From: Rhizaria sp. SCN 62-66
Lineage: Eukaryota
Direction: 5' to 3'
Assembly (NCBI GenBank): GCA_001724265.1
Contig: MEDY01000150.1
Location: 1 to 64,000 of the forward strand
Length of the DNA stretch: 64,000 nucleotides
Shown: in pieces, positions 26,141 through 38,394 of the stretch
Position numbering within the stretch: the first letter of the stretch is position 1
Layout: each line of letters begins with the position of its first letter
Translations under genes and position numbers: made by a program
The notes under the pieces: model-generated
Seen by the model: the letters and a program-made list of their open reading frames with translations, nothing else
Database searches by the model: none
Told to the model about the DNA's origin: nothing

Positions 26141-28387
26141 ATGCTTCGTTTCGGACGCGTCATTCGTGGAACGAGTCGGAGTATCCCGCTCGCCCCCGTT
26201 ACGGCGTCCTTGCGCCGTTCTTCCTCGTTCGCCGCGAGTTTGCACCAGTTGCGCATTGAGCGCGCTGTTGACGACATGCTTGTTGACTGCGGCGTCCCCC
26301 GCGAGATGATTGGTGCCGCCGCGACTTCGCGCGTCGCTTCTCACCGTCTGCCGATCGACGTCTACTCTGCGCCACCTGTCTCGGCCTCGGCCGCGCTCTC
26401 ATCCTTCACCGCGGGGCTCCCGGGCCTTGCGCGCGGCTCTCCGCTTGCTTCCGCCGCGTCTTCGGTGCTCGGCGCCGCCCCCGCGCGCTTCGCCGTGCCG
26501 TCCGCCCCGTTCTCGTCGGAGCCCGGCTCGATGGAGGCCGCCGCCGAGGCCGCCGCCGCCGCCGCCGCCGCCGCGATCGCGACCCCGGTGATCGGCCCGT
26601 CCGACGAGCTTGCGTTCGCGTGGATTACCCCGCGCTCGCTTATCAAGGGCCAGGAGGGCGGCATCATCGCGCGCCTCTTGGTGCAGCCTGACCTGCGCCT
26701 CGTTGGCACTCGCATGTTCTCGCCCTCCGAGGCCTTCGTCGATGAGTACATCAAGATCCACGAGAAGACCTTCCGCCCCGTCGCGTTCAAGCCTTTCGTG
26801 CAGTTCATCGAGGACAACCTGCGTCCTTCCGTCGCGGGCCCTAAGGGCCTCCCGAACCACGTGCTTTTCATGCTCTTCTCCGGCCGCAACGCGCGCTCGA
26901 CGCTCAACCGCACGATCGGCAACTACCTGCCGGACCCGCGCGTCGGCATGGTCGGCCGCACGATCCGCGGCGCGTACGGCGACTTTATCCGCGACGACTC
27001 CGGTCAGATTCGCCACTTCCAGCCCGCGATCGTGTCTGCGTCCAACGACGAGGCGAACGAGCTGTATTTGGAGCTGTTCAGCAAGTATCTTCAGGACTAT
27101 GGCGGCATCTTTGATACCTTCTATGACCGCCTCGATATCCACCAGAACTACCGCACTGGTACGTATTTACTGTGTAATAGCACTAGAACAGCTTTGTTTC
27201 ATCTTTATTATGTCGTTTTGTTATTCATTTTTCATGTCTTTATGTATTTTTAACGTTATCTGTGTGTCTCTATCAATTGGTATGCATTTCACTATTTATG
27301 AGCGCACAAACCCTAACATATGTACATATATACGAATTTGTTTTATTTCGATTGTTTACGTGCTCTATCGCGCAGGCATGGTGATCATCAAGCCCGACGC
27401 CCTGGAGCGGCCCTCGTCCCTCCCTGGCCACATCATGGATCTCTTCGGGTCCACCGGCCTCCACCTCGTCGGCTGCCGCGTCTTCTCGTTCTCTGTGCGC
27501 CAGGCGCGCGAGTTCTACGGCTTCCTTGAGGACGTGTTCGTGGACAAGCTGCGCCCTAAGCTCGAGGCACGCATCAAGCGCGCGCTCGACAAGGTACGGA
27601 TCTCAAAACAAACAAAACACAATACTACGCATAGTTGATTATTGAATAACCTGACTCTGTGTTGCACTGTATAGCTACGCAATAGCTATTTTTCAATGTT
27701 CTATTATACTTATATGTGCTCATATTGTTGATAAATTTTCATAATTTTGTTTTGTAACGACTCAAACAGGAGTTCGGTGACCAGTTCACCATCACCGAGA
27801 CCGAGTACGACATCTTCACCACTGTGCTGCGCCGCAAGATGGCCCGCACCGAGGTCGACAAAATCATCGAGTACATGGCCGGTGTGGCGCCCGCCAGTGT
27901 GCCTGAGAAGGACTGGGACAAGCCCGGACCGGCGCGCTGCCTCACTCTGCTCTACCGCGGCGAGGTACGTGTGTCGCTAATCAGTAGATTCAACAACATC
28001 GATGATATTCTTTGATACGAACTATTGGTTAACTAATGAGCTATATGCAATTGCAGTTGTACACCTAGAGTCAAACTAATATCTCTTGATTTGCATGTTG
28101 TGTACTTTTGTCTTTGTTTCACCCAGAACGCGATCGAGACGATCCGCACCAAGCTCGGTTCCACAGACCCCTCCAAAGCTGCCGTGGGCACGATCCGCTC
28201 CGACTACGGGCGCGACATCATGAAGAACGGCGCGCACGCCTCCGACTCCGACTCATCGATGAAGCGCGAGTGCCAGATCATCGGGCTCGTGCCCGGCGCC
28301 CCCTCGCGCACCAAGGCCATCATCGACACGTGGCTGCGCTACCGCAAGGAGGATAAGGTCGCCGAGAAGACTGTTGGACAGTGGTAA
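26141..28387 (+). CDS. Tandem (two-domain) nucleoside diphosphate kinase-like protein with a probable mitochondrial presequence (exons 26141-27158, 27376-27593, 27770-27964, 28127-28387)
   Basis: Domain 1: ELAFAWITPRSLIKGQEGGIIARL..RTIRGAYG..HFQPA. Domain 2: MVIIKPD..KLGSTDPSKAAVGTIRSDYGRDIMKNGAHASDS, with the catalytic His. Arg/Ser-rich, acid-free N-terminus; three GTACG..AG introns; ends TAA. Confidence 0.88.
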
Positions 28388-29197
28388 GCGTGAGCAAGTA
28401 ACGAAGCGAAACGATTCGCTGTGCTGTGCAATGTAGAGGGTTTGAGGCGGCAACACTACTGTGCTGTGCTGTGATGTTGCCACATACTAACTGTCTTCTG
28501 AAGACTGTTGTGAAGTAGTGTGGCCTAAAGGACGCGATGTACAGTGATAGTGTTGCTGTGGTGGATGTATAAGTAGATGACTGATGTATGCAACTAATAA
28601 TAATTATACTGGGCGATAACTGGCCATCCCTCCGTTTGGTTTTTACGCGAGGATGCCGAGTGAGGCCGCATGAGATGGTCTGGTGACAAGGGAATTCCGG
28701 GTCAGTCTCTGCATTTTTACTTTTGAAAATAGCACGGTCAATATTTAAGATTGATGCTTCTTTGATATGATACACAGATTCTTTCACACATGCCCGTCTT
28801 TGTTGGACATCAACGTGTTATCTTGCCTCTAGACATCTGCGGTACCGAAAAAGTCTAAATGGTTTTGGGTTTTCGACTGTGAGTAAAAGGGGAGTCGGCC
28901 GTTTCGAGTGGCTGCCTAAAACCGGCCACCTACCGCCCCAAGTTCGTGAATATAGAGTTAACGAATCAAATTTGTAAAAGCCATCACGCCGTTTATATTG
29001 CCGAATCTTCAAATGCCTTTAGACGATCTCTGGTCGGACAAACAAAAGGTGTAAAGGAAGAGCTCTTTGAACTTCGCGACGTTGCTACCCGCGAGTAGTG
29101 CCACGCGCCCCATATCTCCGTCTATTCTATTTCAACCATGGTCTCACCAATTGCTTCTCTCAATAACACATTTGTTAATTCTATTCGCATCCTCTAG

Positions 29198-30681
29198 ATG
29201 TCTGAGGACGCCGCCGTGCAGGTACGTTAGTCCTCCTTTTACTCGTGCCCGTTTCTCCCTCAGTTCTGCGCCATCAGCACTTGTAAAGCCCTCTTCTGCC
29301 CGGTTTGGACCCCACCTCAACACTTTCTGAGCTCATACTTGTTGTTTTGTATACGTTTCACTCTTTTGCGTCCGATGCTCCACTCTCTTTTAGGTCGCTG
29401 TCCGCGTACGTCCGTTCAACGGACGTGAGAAGACGCATGGCGCCAAGCGTTGCATCGACATGGCCAACAAGACGACGACCATTTACGAGACGGACGTCGA
29501 CGAGGAGGGTGGGTACAAGGATTTCGCCTTCGACTATTCCCTCTGGTCGCACTACGACATGGCGAACGAGCCCGCCGGCCACAACCCCGACTACCCGGAC
29601 CGCCCCAACGTCGACCAGCAGTACCTCTACGACATGATCGGCGTTGCGCTCCTGCGCGACTTCTGGGATGGCTACGACGTGTGCATGTTCGCTTACGGCC
29701 AGTCCGGCTCCGGCAAGTCGTTCTCCATGACCGGCACGGGCCCCCGTTGCCCCGCCAAGTGGCAGGGCATGATTCCCCGCGTGTGCCGCGGTGTGTTCGA
29801 GCTGGCCGAGGAGACCACCGCCAAGGACCCCAACACGTCGTTCAATATCATGGCGTCGATGCTTGAGATCTACCTTGGTAAGATCTACGACCTTCTTATC
29901 CCCGGTGAGAACTACAACGTCAAGACGCGTGAAGAGCTGCAGATGCAGATGGACGACGTCGCCGGCCTCAACTGGCTCCCCGTGTCTGACACGGACGGCG
30001 TCGGTGACCTCCTCGTGCTCGGCTTCTCCAACCAGTACAAGGCCCCCACGGGTCTTAACGTCGACTCGTCGCGTGGCCACACCATTTACACGCTCCGTGT
30101 CATGCGCACCGTCAAGAACCCCAAGGCGAAGAAGAAGAAGGACCGTGAGCAGACGATCACGACGGCCATGCGTCTCGTTGACCTCGCCGGCTCCGAGCGT
30201 ACCGAAAAGGTGCTCGAAATCACCAAGGCCCAACTCGCCGGTCTGCTGCAGGAGAAGTACAAGAAGGCCTGCACCGTCACGGACGAAGCCATGGCGATCT
30301 ACAAGGAAGAGCGCACCGCCGAGGGTCGTTCCATTAACCAGGCGCTGACCAACCTCGGCCAGTGCGTGAAGCAGGTCGCCAAGTACTCCGAAATCAACGA
30401 TGAGGCCGAGCGTAACCGCAAGATGAACCAGATTGGTTGGCGTACCTCTGCCCTCACGCGTCTCCTCAAGACTGCGCTCAACGGCCGTTGCAAGACCATC
30501 ATGATTGCCGCCATCTCGCCCTCGCTGACCGAGCGCGACGAGACCATGTCGACGATGCGTTACGCCAACAACATCAAGATGATCAAGTCGTGCGCGCAGA
30601 AGAAGGTCGCCGTGGAGACCGAGGAGCAGAAGATGATGAAGATCATCAAGGACCTCGAGGACAAGCTCGCGGCGGCCATGG

Positions 30682-30712
<31 letters not shown>

Positions 30713-33383
30713 TGGTGGCGGCGAGGCTTCCGAAGAGGTCCTCCGCCAGCTCAAGGAGCTCAAGGACGCCGAGGAGGAGGCCAAGCGCCGCGAGGCCAAG
30801 ATGGCGGCCGAGATGGAGCGTCTGCGCCAGGAGCACCAGAAGCGCCAGCAGATCCGCGAGGGGCCTCACTTGCTCGCGATCATCTCGTCCGAGCTCTCCG
30901 ACGGCCTCTACGTCACGCCCATCCTGGCCACGGCGCCCCTGGTGGCCGCGCACCAGTCGCTGGAGCCCGGCCTTGCGCTGCTCGGCATGGGCATCTCCCG
31001 CAACAAGACCCACTGCACCTTCACCAACGACAACGGCACCATCACGCTCATCCCTGACGGCACTGCGGCCTGCATGGTCAACGGTAAGAACGTCAAGCAG
31101 GCGACCAAGCTGGCCCACAACGACCGTATCCGTCTCGGTGGCAACAACTTCTTCCGCCTCATCCTGCCCGACGTCGTCGCCACGCTGACGCCCGAGCAAG
31201 CGGAGCACGACGACGCGACCTACACGTACGACTTCCTCAAGGAGGAGTCGATGAAGGAGGTCATGGAGGCCTTCGGTGCCGACACGGACAAGGAGGAGGA
31301 GGAGAAGCGCCGCAAGGCCATCGACGAAGAGCTCACCAAGCGCAACGCCGAGTTCCAGAAGCAGCAGGAGGAGGCCCGCAAGAAGACCGAGGCAGAGCGT
31401 CTGGCGTTCGAGAAGCAGATGAAGGCGATGCAGGACCAGTACGCGTCGTCTGCGTCGCAGGACAAGGAGGCTATGGCGCGCATCGCCAAGGAGAAGGAGG
31501 AGTTCGAGCGCAAGATGCGCGAGAACGAGCTCATGCTCAAGGCCAAGATCGATGAAGAGGAGAAGTACAAGAAGGAGAAGCTTAAGGAGGAGGAGCGCCT
31601 CGCCAAGAAGCGCGCCACCGCCAAGGCCAAGCTGCAGTACGACCTAATGGACGCCATCCCGTTCGTGCGTACGTCGAACGAGTATGCCGCCGAGCTTAAC
31701 GTGCCTGCGCAGTACGAGGTCAAGATCGTGCAGGAGGAGACTGCCGACTCCGGCCAGGTCATGTCGGTCAATGTCCAGCTCAAGGACACCAACACGGGCA
31801 AGATCGAGATCTGGGACATGGACACGTTCCGCACCAAGTACGGCCAGATCATGCAGGACTACCACGACAACACCAAGAACATCAAGGAGGGCAAGCCTGT
31901 CCGTCTCTCGCGTGACTCCGCCTTCGTGGTCTCAGACAACGCCATTACCACGATCGGCTCCGCCAAGTGCATGCTCAACTACCTCTTCTACAACATGGAG
32001 ATCAACGACAAGTACCACATCGTGTCCCATTCCGGCCAGGTCATGGGCTCCGTGCACCTTAAGATCACCCCCGTGTGGGGCTCTGAGGCTCAGGAGGACG
32101 AAGTGCTCGAGTCCGAGACGATGCTCGACGTCGCCTCGCTTAAGTACCTCGATCTCGACATCTCTCTGTCCAAGTGCGAGGCTCTGCCCCCGACGCTGGC
32201 GTGCAACGTCCAGTGCGCATTCCAATTCCCCGATTTCATCGCGACCTCCGTGGTGGACCCCGAGGAGGCGAAGCTGCGCGCGCGCGCCAAGGAGATTAAG
32301 GAGCTCAAGCGCCAGCGCCAGAAGGCCAAGAACGAGGACTTCATGGACGACGACGAAGAAGAGGAGGAGGACGCCGCCGTTACCGTGCGCGGCGGTGCCT
32401 TCATCACCGAGCCCGACTACAAGGGCCATGACGACGTGCAGGTCAACCCGCCTCTGGGCTGGGAGAAGCGCATCCGCATCCACAACATCAACAAGCGCAT
32501 CATCGAGTGGTTCAAGGACAACGCCCTCATCGTCAAGGTTTCCGGCCGCGGCCCCGCCAAGGACCGCGAGGCCGTGCTGATCGCCCCCTCTGCCGTCGCC
32601 GCCGCCGCTGCCGCCACCGCGGCCTCGGCGCTCGCGGACTCGATGGTCGACGGCAAGACTGCGCAGCAGCTGGCGCACGAGCTCGAGGTGGCCCGCCGCG
32701 AGCGCGAGGAGCTCGCCAAGGCGCTGGAGGACGCGCGTCGCACGGTGCAGGAGGCTGTGACGGACTCGAAGAATGCCGCGCTGGCGCAGCAGCAGGCCGC
32801 CGTGGAGGCCATCAAGGCCGGCAAGGTCTCCGCCGACGCCGAGCTCAAGAAGGAGCTCGCGCGCCTCCAGGAGGCCGCGCGCAAGTCCGACGAGGACCTC
32901 AAGAACAAGACGCTTGCGCTGGAGCGCCTCGCGGCCGGCAACGACCTGGGCTCTGTGCGCAACCGCATTAAGGACGTCGCGCTGCCCGTGGGCCCGCTCA
33001 AGGTCTCTGTGACCCCCGGCGAGAACGGTGCCAACGCCACGACCAAAATCGAGTACCGCGCCGACCCTGAGGCCGTGAACAAGGCCGTCTCGGGCGTCAC
33101 GGCTGAGATGCAGGCCAAGCTCGACGACATGCAGCGCAAGTACGAGAACGAGCGCAAGAAGGCTGAGAAGGCATCGTCCGACCTCCGCGCCTTTAAGGCC
33201 GAGTGGGACAATGGCGGCGCCATCACGATCGGCAACGACGGCGCCATTGGGCTCGTGAGCAACAACAGCGCCGCCGCCGCCAACGGCAGCAGCGGCGCCA
33301 ACCGCGGCGCCAACCGCTCCTCGGCGGCCGTCGCGCCCGAGGGTGCCGACGGCGCGCCCACCAAGGCCTGCACCATCATCTAA
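29198..33383 (+). CDS. Kinesin-3-like motor (motor, FHA, coiled coil, C2-like region, C-terminal CaaX) (exons 29198-29221, 29394-33383)
   Basis: VQ|VAVRVRPFNGRE, FAFDYSLWSH, GQSGSGKSFSM (P-loop), NVDSSRGH, LVDLAGSER, KTIMIAAISP; FHA-like GISRNKTHCTF..VNGK..LAHNDRIRLGGNNFFR; ends KACTII-TAA. Confidence 0.93.
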
Positions 33384-34521
33384 GTGCGCTACACTGCAAT
33401 AGCAACGCGAAATCAAACCAAATCAAATCAAACCGAACCAAACTAGGAGGCAGTCGAACACTCGTGATCTAACTTGTGTGTAAGGTGATCAATCAGGACG
33501 ACGTTTATTTGTGCGAGAGTATGCGCTGCTGATTCGTTTTTGTGTCTTGCTCATCGTTTCTTCTTTTGGTTTTTTCTCTTGTGGTTGTTCGTTGTTGTTG
33601 TGTTCGTTTCTTTCTTGGTTTTCATCGTCGTCGATACGTCTTCTTCAAACCGTAAGCTTTGAGCTCAACGACGGTTGTTGCTTTGCATTCACATCGCACT
33701 CACATTGCACGACTCTCATGGTTTGCGTCTGGTCATCGTTGATCAACTGTACTCTGTTTGTTGCGTGCGATTGCGTCGTGTTGTGTGATCTGCTAACTCG
33801 TCATCGTGTGGCGGTTGGGACCTGCAGCTTCTTCTTCTCCTGACTCATTATTTCTTTTCGTGTCTTCTTCTTATACTTGCCGCGCATTTGTTGCTTTTGA
33901 TCGATGTCAAACGCGGCCTAGTCGTCTCTCGTTTTATTTTTTCCTCGGAATAACGTACCCTTCCCTACTTCTCAATTCGTTTTTAAACTACTAGTAACCT
34001 CTGTAATGGTGAGTGTCATACGTGTGTGTCTTTGTGTTCGTGCTGGTGGCTGGAGGTTTGTTCGTCTCATAGCTTTGCGTAGGTGTGTATCTGTTACGCG
34101 CATACGCTGTGTGTTGCCTGCGATTACAAGCAGGCACGCAAAGCATGATGCGCCTAAGACACACTCCCACGCAAAGGTTTTGATGCATTACAGCATCGTG
34201 ATTGTCCCTTGTAATACAAATCGTTAAAAAAATCAACAAATTTTATCGCCTCGAATCTCTTGATGTGATTGTAACGTCTGTACTTCGTTCGTCTATCTTC
34301 CACGAAACGCTTGTTTGTTGAGATTTCTCATGAGCACGTCCTGCTCTGCACTGCACTTGTGGCGGGCGAGAGGGGTCAACCGGCATTTAAGGGTTGATCA
34401 TACCAACCTTATATCTTCCGTCTTTTGAGCCATACTTTAAATATTTTAATATCGCTGTACTAATTTGTCGAATCTGAATTTTGTGTACTTTCTATCGTGC
34501 GTCTTTGCTCTCCTAGGCGGT

Positions 34522-37500
34522 ATGGATCCAATCCTCCCCGCCAGCTCCCCAACGACGGACCCGGTGCTCGCCGCCGCGGCCGCGTCTTCGGGCGCGCTCA
34601 AGCGTCGCGACCCTCCCGCCGCGCTGCCGGGCGACATGGACCTTCCCGTCCCGTCTGTGCACGCCAGCGGCGCTGGGGGTGATGATGACGATGACGAGGA
34701 AGAAGAAGAAGAAGAAGAGGAGATGGTGATTGAAGGCCTCGGTGGTACGATCTCATCAGTCTCTGCCACGCCCAGCGCCGTCTCCGCTGCCGGCTCCACC
34801 GTGGCGACGTCCGCAGCCGCCGCTCTGGCCTCGACCACGTCCCCCGTTGCAGACCCACTGGGGGGCTTTCTGTCGTCCGCTATCGCTGCCTCTTTCCCCA
34901 ATCTCGTCGACAACAGCAAGGACGACGCCGACCACCAAAGCAGCAACAGCAGCAGCAGCGAGAGTAACAGCAACGAGACCAAGACTGCCACTGCCGACAT
35001 GGACTCATCGGAGGCATTTGCAAGCGCTAGCAGTGCTCTTGCAGGCACAACAGGCGCCGGTACTAGTAGTAATGCCAACTTGGCGAGTGCGTACTACAAT
35101 GATGATGAGGAGGACGAGGACGCCGGGCGCGGCGGCGGCGCCGCTGCCGTGACCAGCGGCTCCGGCGTTGGTGTCTCGGCCTACGCGCAGCGCCTGATGC
35201 AGCAGATGGGCTACTCCGGCGCGGGCGGGCTCGGCGCGCGCGGCACGGGTATCGTGGCCCCCGTCGAGGCCCACACGGACCGCATGGTGTCGCAGATGGG
35301 GCTCGGGTACGACGCCGCGGTAACCCAGGCATCCCACGAGTCCGAGGAACTGAAGCCCTCGCCGACGATCGAGGTGGCCTGGGTGCCGCCGCTGCCCAGC
35401 GGGGCCGCGCTCCCCGCGCCGCCGCCGGCCGACGAAGAGGACTTCACCGCCGGCGCCGCTGTGCCCACGCCGACCTCATGGGCCTCGGTCGGGCCGGCGA
35501 CGATGAGCATGACGGACCCGGGCTTCTGCCCGCTCGACGTGCAGACGACGCTGTTCGCGGCTAAGTCCGTCTTCGACACTGTCGGCGACCGGCAGTTCCT
35601 CTCTGCGCGCGACCGGTCCAACCCGTTCGAGCTGCTCAAGAAAGAAATCTTCCAAAACCGCGCTGCGCTCAAGATGGCCGAGATCGACGCGGCATGCAAG
35701 AAGCTTTTCACGGAGCCGCCGGTGTTTCATGAGACGTTCCGCCGCAGCCGCCGCAGGGAGCTGCTGTATTTTGGCGACGTCTGCGCTGGCCCCGGTGGCT
35801 TCACAGAGTTTATGATGACGGCGAAGAAGTGGCGCGCTAAGGGGTTCGGCTTCACGCTTAAGGGCAGCAACGACTTCAAGACACAGAACTTCAACTGCTG
35901 CGCGCCGCCGCACTCGTTCAAGGCCTACTACGGCGTTGATGGCACGGGCGACGTGACCAACTCGGAAAACTTACGCGATTACGCGCGGCACGTGTGGACC
36001 GAGACGCACGGACAGGGGCTGCACGTGATGCTCGCCGACGGTGGGTTCTCGGTCGCGGGCAAGGAAAACTACCAAGAACTTCTGTCGCGCCAGCTCGTGC
36101 TGTGCCAGTTTGCGGCGGCTATCGCGACTCTGCGCGAGGGCGGCGTGTTCGTGTGCAAACTGTTCGACACGTTCCTCCGCTTCACCGTTGACTGCATGTA
36201 CCTCATGCGGCTGGCGTTCAAGGACGTCGCGATCATCAAGCCCAACCAGTCGCGGCCGGCCAACTCTGAGCGCTACGTCGTGTGCCGCGGCCTGCGCCGT
36301 CGCGGCGGGCTTGACCACCCCATTCTGCAGTACATGCTGCGGGTCAACGACAAGATGAACGCGATCGACCCGCTGGGGGCCCAGATGGCTGCGCTCGAGG
36401 CCAAGATCGCCGCCGAACAGGTAGGTTTCTTTAAAAACAAGATATGATGTGTCTTCCATCATATTTATCTGAATTTATTCCGTGGATTTTGATGTTCTTT
36501 TACAACAATATGTCTTGCTAATGTTTTTTTATTTTCGTTTCTTTTTCTGCTTTGCTCCAGGCCCGCGCTGCCGCCGACGCGCGCGGCGAGACGCCAGTTG
36601 CGAACGATGAGGGCGAACCCAAGCTCATGGCGTTCGTCCGCGGGCCAGTTGTCGGCGGAAACGACGGCTCCTCGTCTGTTGCGGATGCCGACAGCGCTGC
36701 CGCTGCTGCTGCCGGCGAGCTGCCGCTGCCGCCCAAGGGCACTCTGGAGCCGTACGTGCCGCCGCACGCGGATAGCTACCTGGCCCACCTGAAGCAGCGC
36801 GAAGAGCGCCGCGGCGGCGGCGGCGGTCGCGGCGCGCGCGCGGCCGCCGCGGCCCGCGAGACGGTGACGTCGCTGGTCCCGGCGTATTTATTGGACAGCG
36901 CGTTCGTGCACTACGTGAGCGACTTCAACGAGCGGTACGCGCGCGTGCAGACCGGCTGGCTGGCGCGCGTCAAGAAGTACCTCGAAGACCAGAACCTGCT
37001 GCCCGACGATCAGGAGCGGATCCGCCTTGAGTGCCTCGACATCTGGCGCGTGCCGCCCTGCGCCGACAAGTCCAAGCCCGACGGCAAGGTCTACCTTCCG
37101 CCGTCGTTCGTCCACTGGGACGCGCAGTGGGGGTCCAAGCTCTTCGCTGCCCGCGGCGGCGCCACCTCTGCGCGCGACGCGCTGCGGTTTTTCGGTCCTG
37201 AGCCGCGGCACCTCGAGGCGGCGGCACTGGTGGACCGGACGGTGAAGCCTGCGCTTGCGCCGCCGCTGTTTGTCGAGGCGTCGTTGGCCACCTTGTGCGC
37301 CGACTCGTCGTCCGCAGTCAACCGCATCGTCGGCGAGCTCAAGTCCCGCGTCGCCGCCGCCGCTAACGCCGTCGCCGCGATCGCCGCTGCCAACGCTGCC
37401 GCCGCGGGCGCGCCTCCCGCGGCGCCCGCGGCGCCCGTGCTGCCGTCACAGACGCCTCTGGACGGCGCGCCCTGGTTCGTGCTCTCGCTGCCCCGCGGCG

Positions 37501-38011
37501 CGGCGCGCAAGGTGGTGATGTTCCCGCCGCGGGAGCGCGGGCACGAGGTGATGCTGCTGCCGCCGACGCAGCAGCTTACGGTGCGGCTGGACACGCAGCG
37601 CACGCGGCTCGAGTTTCCACCCGACACCGTCGTCGACGCCTTCTGCGCGGGTGACTCATTTCTCTTCTTCGACGCGTGGATGCTGCCGTACCCGGGGCCC
37701 GACGAGCGGATCTTCTCCGCGCGCCCGCGCTACGGCGACCGGCTCGAGGTGCTGTCGCTGCTCGTCGACGCGGTGCGCGAGCCGCGCGTGCGCGTGCCGG
37801 CGCAGGTACCGCTGGGATTCTTCTCCACGCAATTCCGCCAGGAGCTGTGGCCGCTGGGACACGACCTGTTCCTCTTCCGCGGCGACGGCGCGCGGCCGCA
37901 GCCGTCGTTTGTGTTCCGCTCGGGCGCGCGGGACGCCGCTGAGGCGCAGCGCGAGCAGGCGATTCTGCTGCAGGCGCTGGGGATGAGCTTCTTCCACAAG
38001 CCGCAGCAGCA

Positions 38012-38052
<41 letters not shown>

Positions 38053-38063
38053 GGCCCAGGTGA
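34522..38063 (+). CDS. CMTR1: Cap-specific mRNA 2'-O-methyltransferase 1 (G-patch + FtsJ/RrmJ domain) (exons 34522-36420, 36561-38063)
   Basis: G-patch AQRLMQQMGYSGAGGLGARGTGIVAPV..GLGY; ARDRSNPFE..FQNRAALKMAEID, FGDVCAGPGGF, ADGGFSV, CKLFD, KPNQSRPANSERYVVC; intron GTAGGT..CTCCAG; ends TGA. Confidence 0.92.
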
Positions 38064-38394
38064 GAAACTAGTGATGTCTTGAAGTCGATGATATAATCAT
38101 CGAACGAAAAGATATTTTTTGCTTAAGATGACATATAATATATTATCTTCCGTATTTTCTCCATTATTTGCTCTCTGTGAGGTCAGTTTACTTCCCAACA
38201 ATTGTGATAGTTGGCCCAATACACATTTGTTATACGTAGTCATTGTTGGCCAATATTTCATCAAAAAAACAAGTTGGAACAAAACTAAGCACTTTATAAC
38301 AAAGAAATCAAATTTTAATACTATATAGTGAAAACGTTTGCACAGTAAACAATTCATTTGATAATCACAGGAAATATACGCTGAAATGTGTCAT

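Noticed and set aside
29358-33416. Long antisense ORFs (616 and 494 aa) opposite the kinesin, and many similar overlapping ORFs across the window
   Set aside because: These are shadow ORFs caused by high GC and strong codon bias on the coding strand; they have no recognisable motifs.
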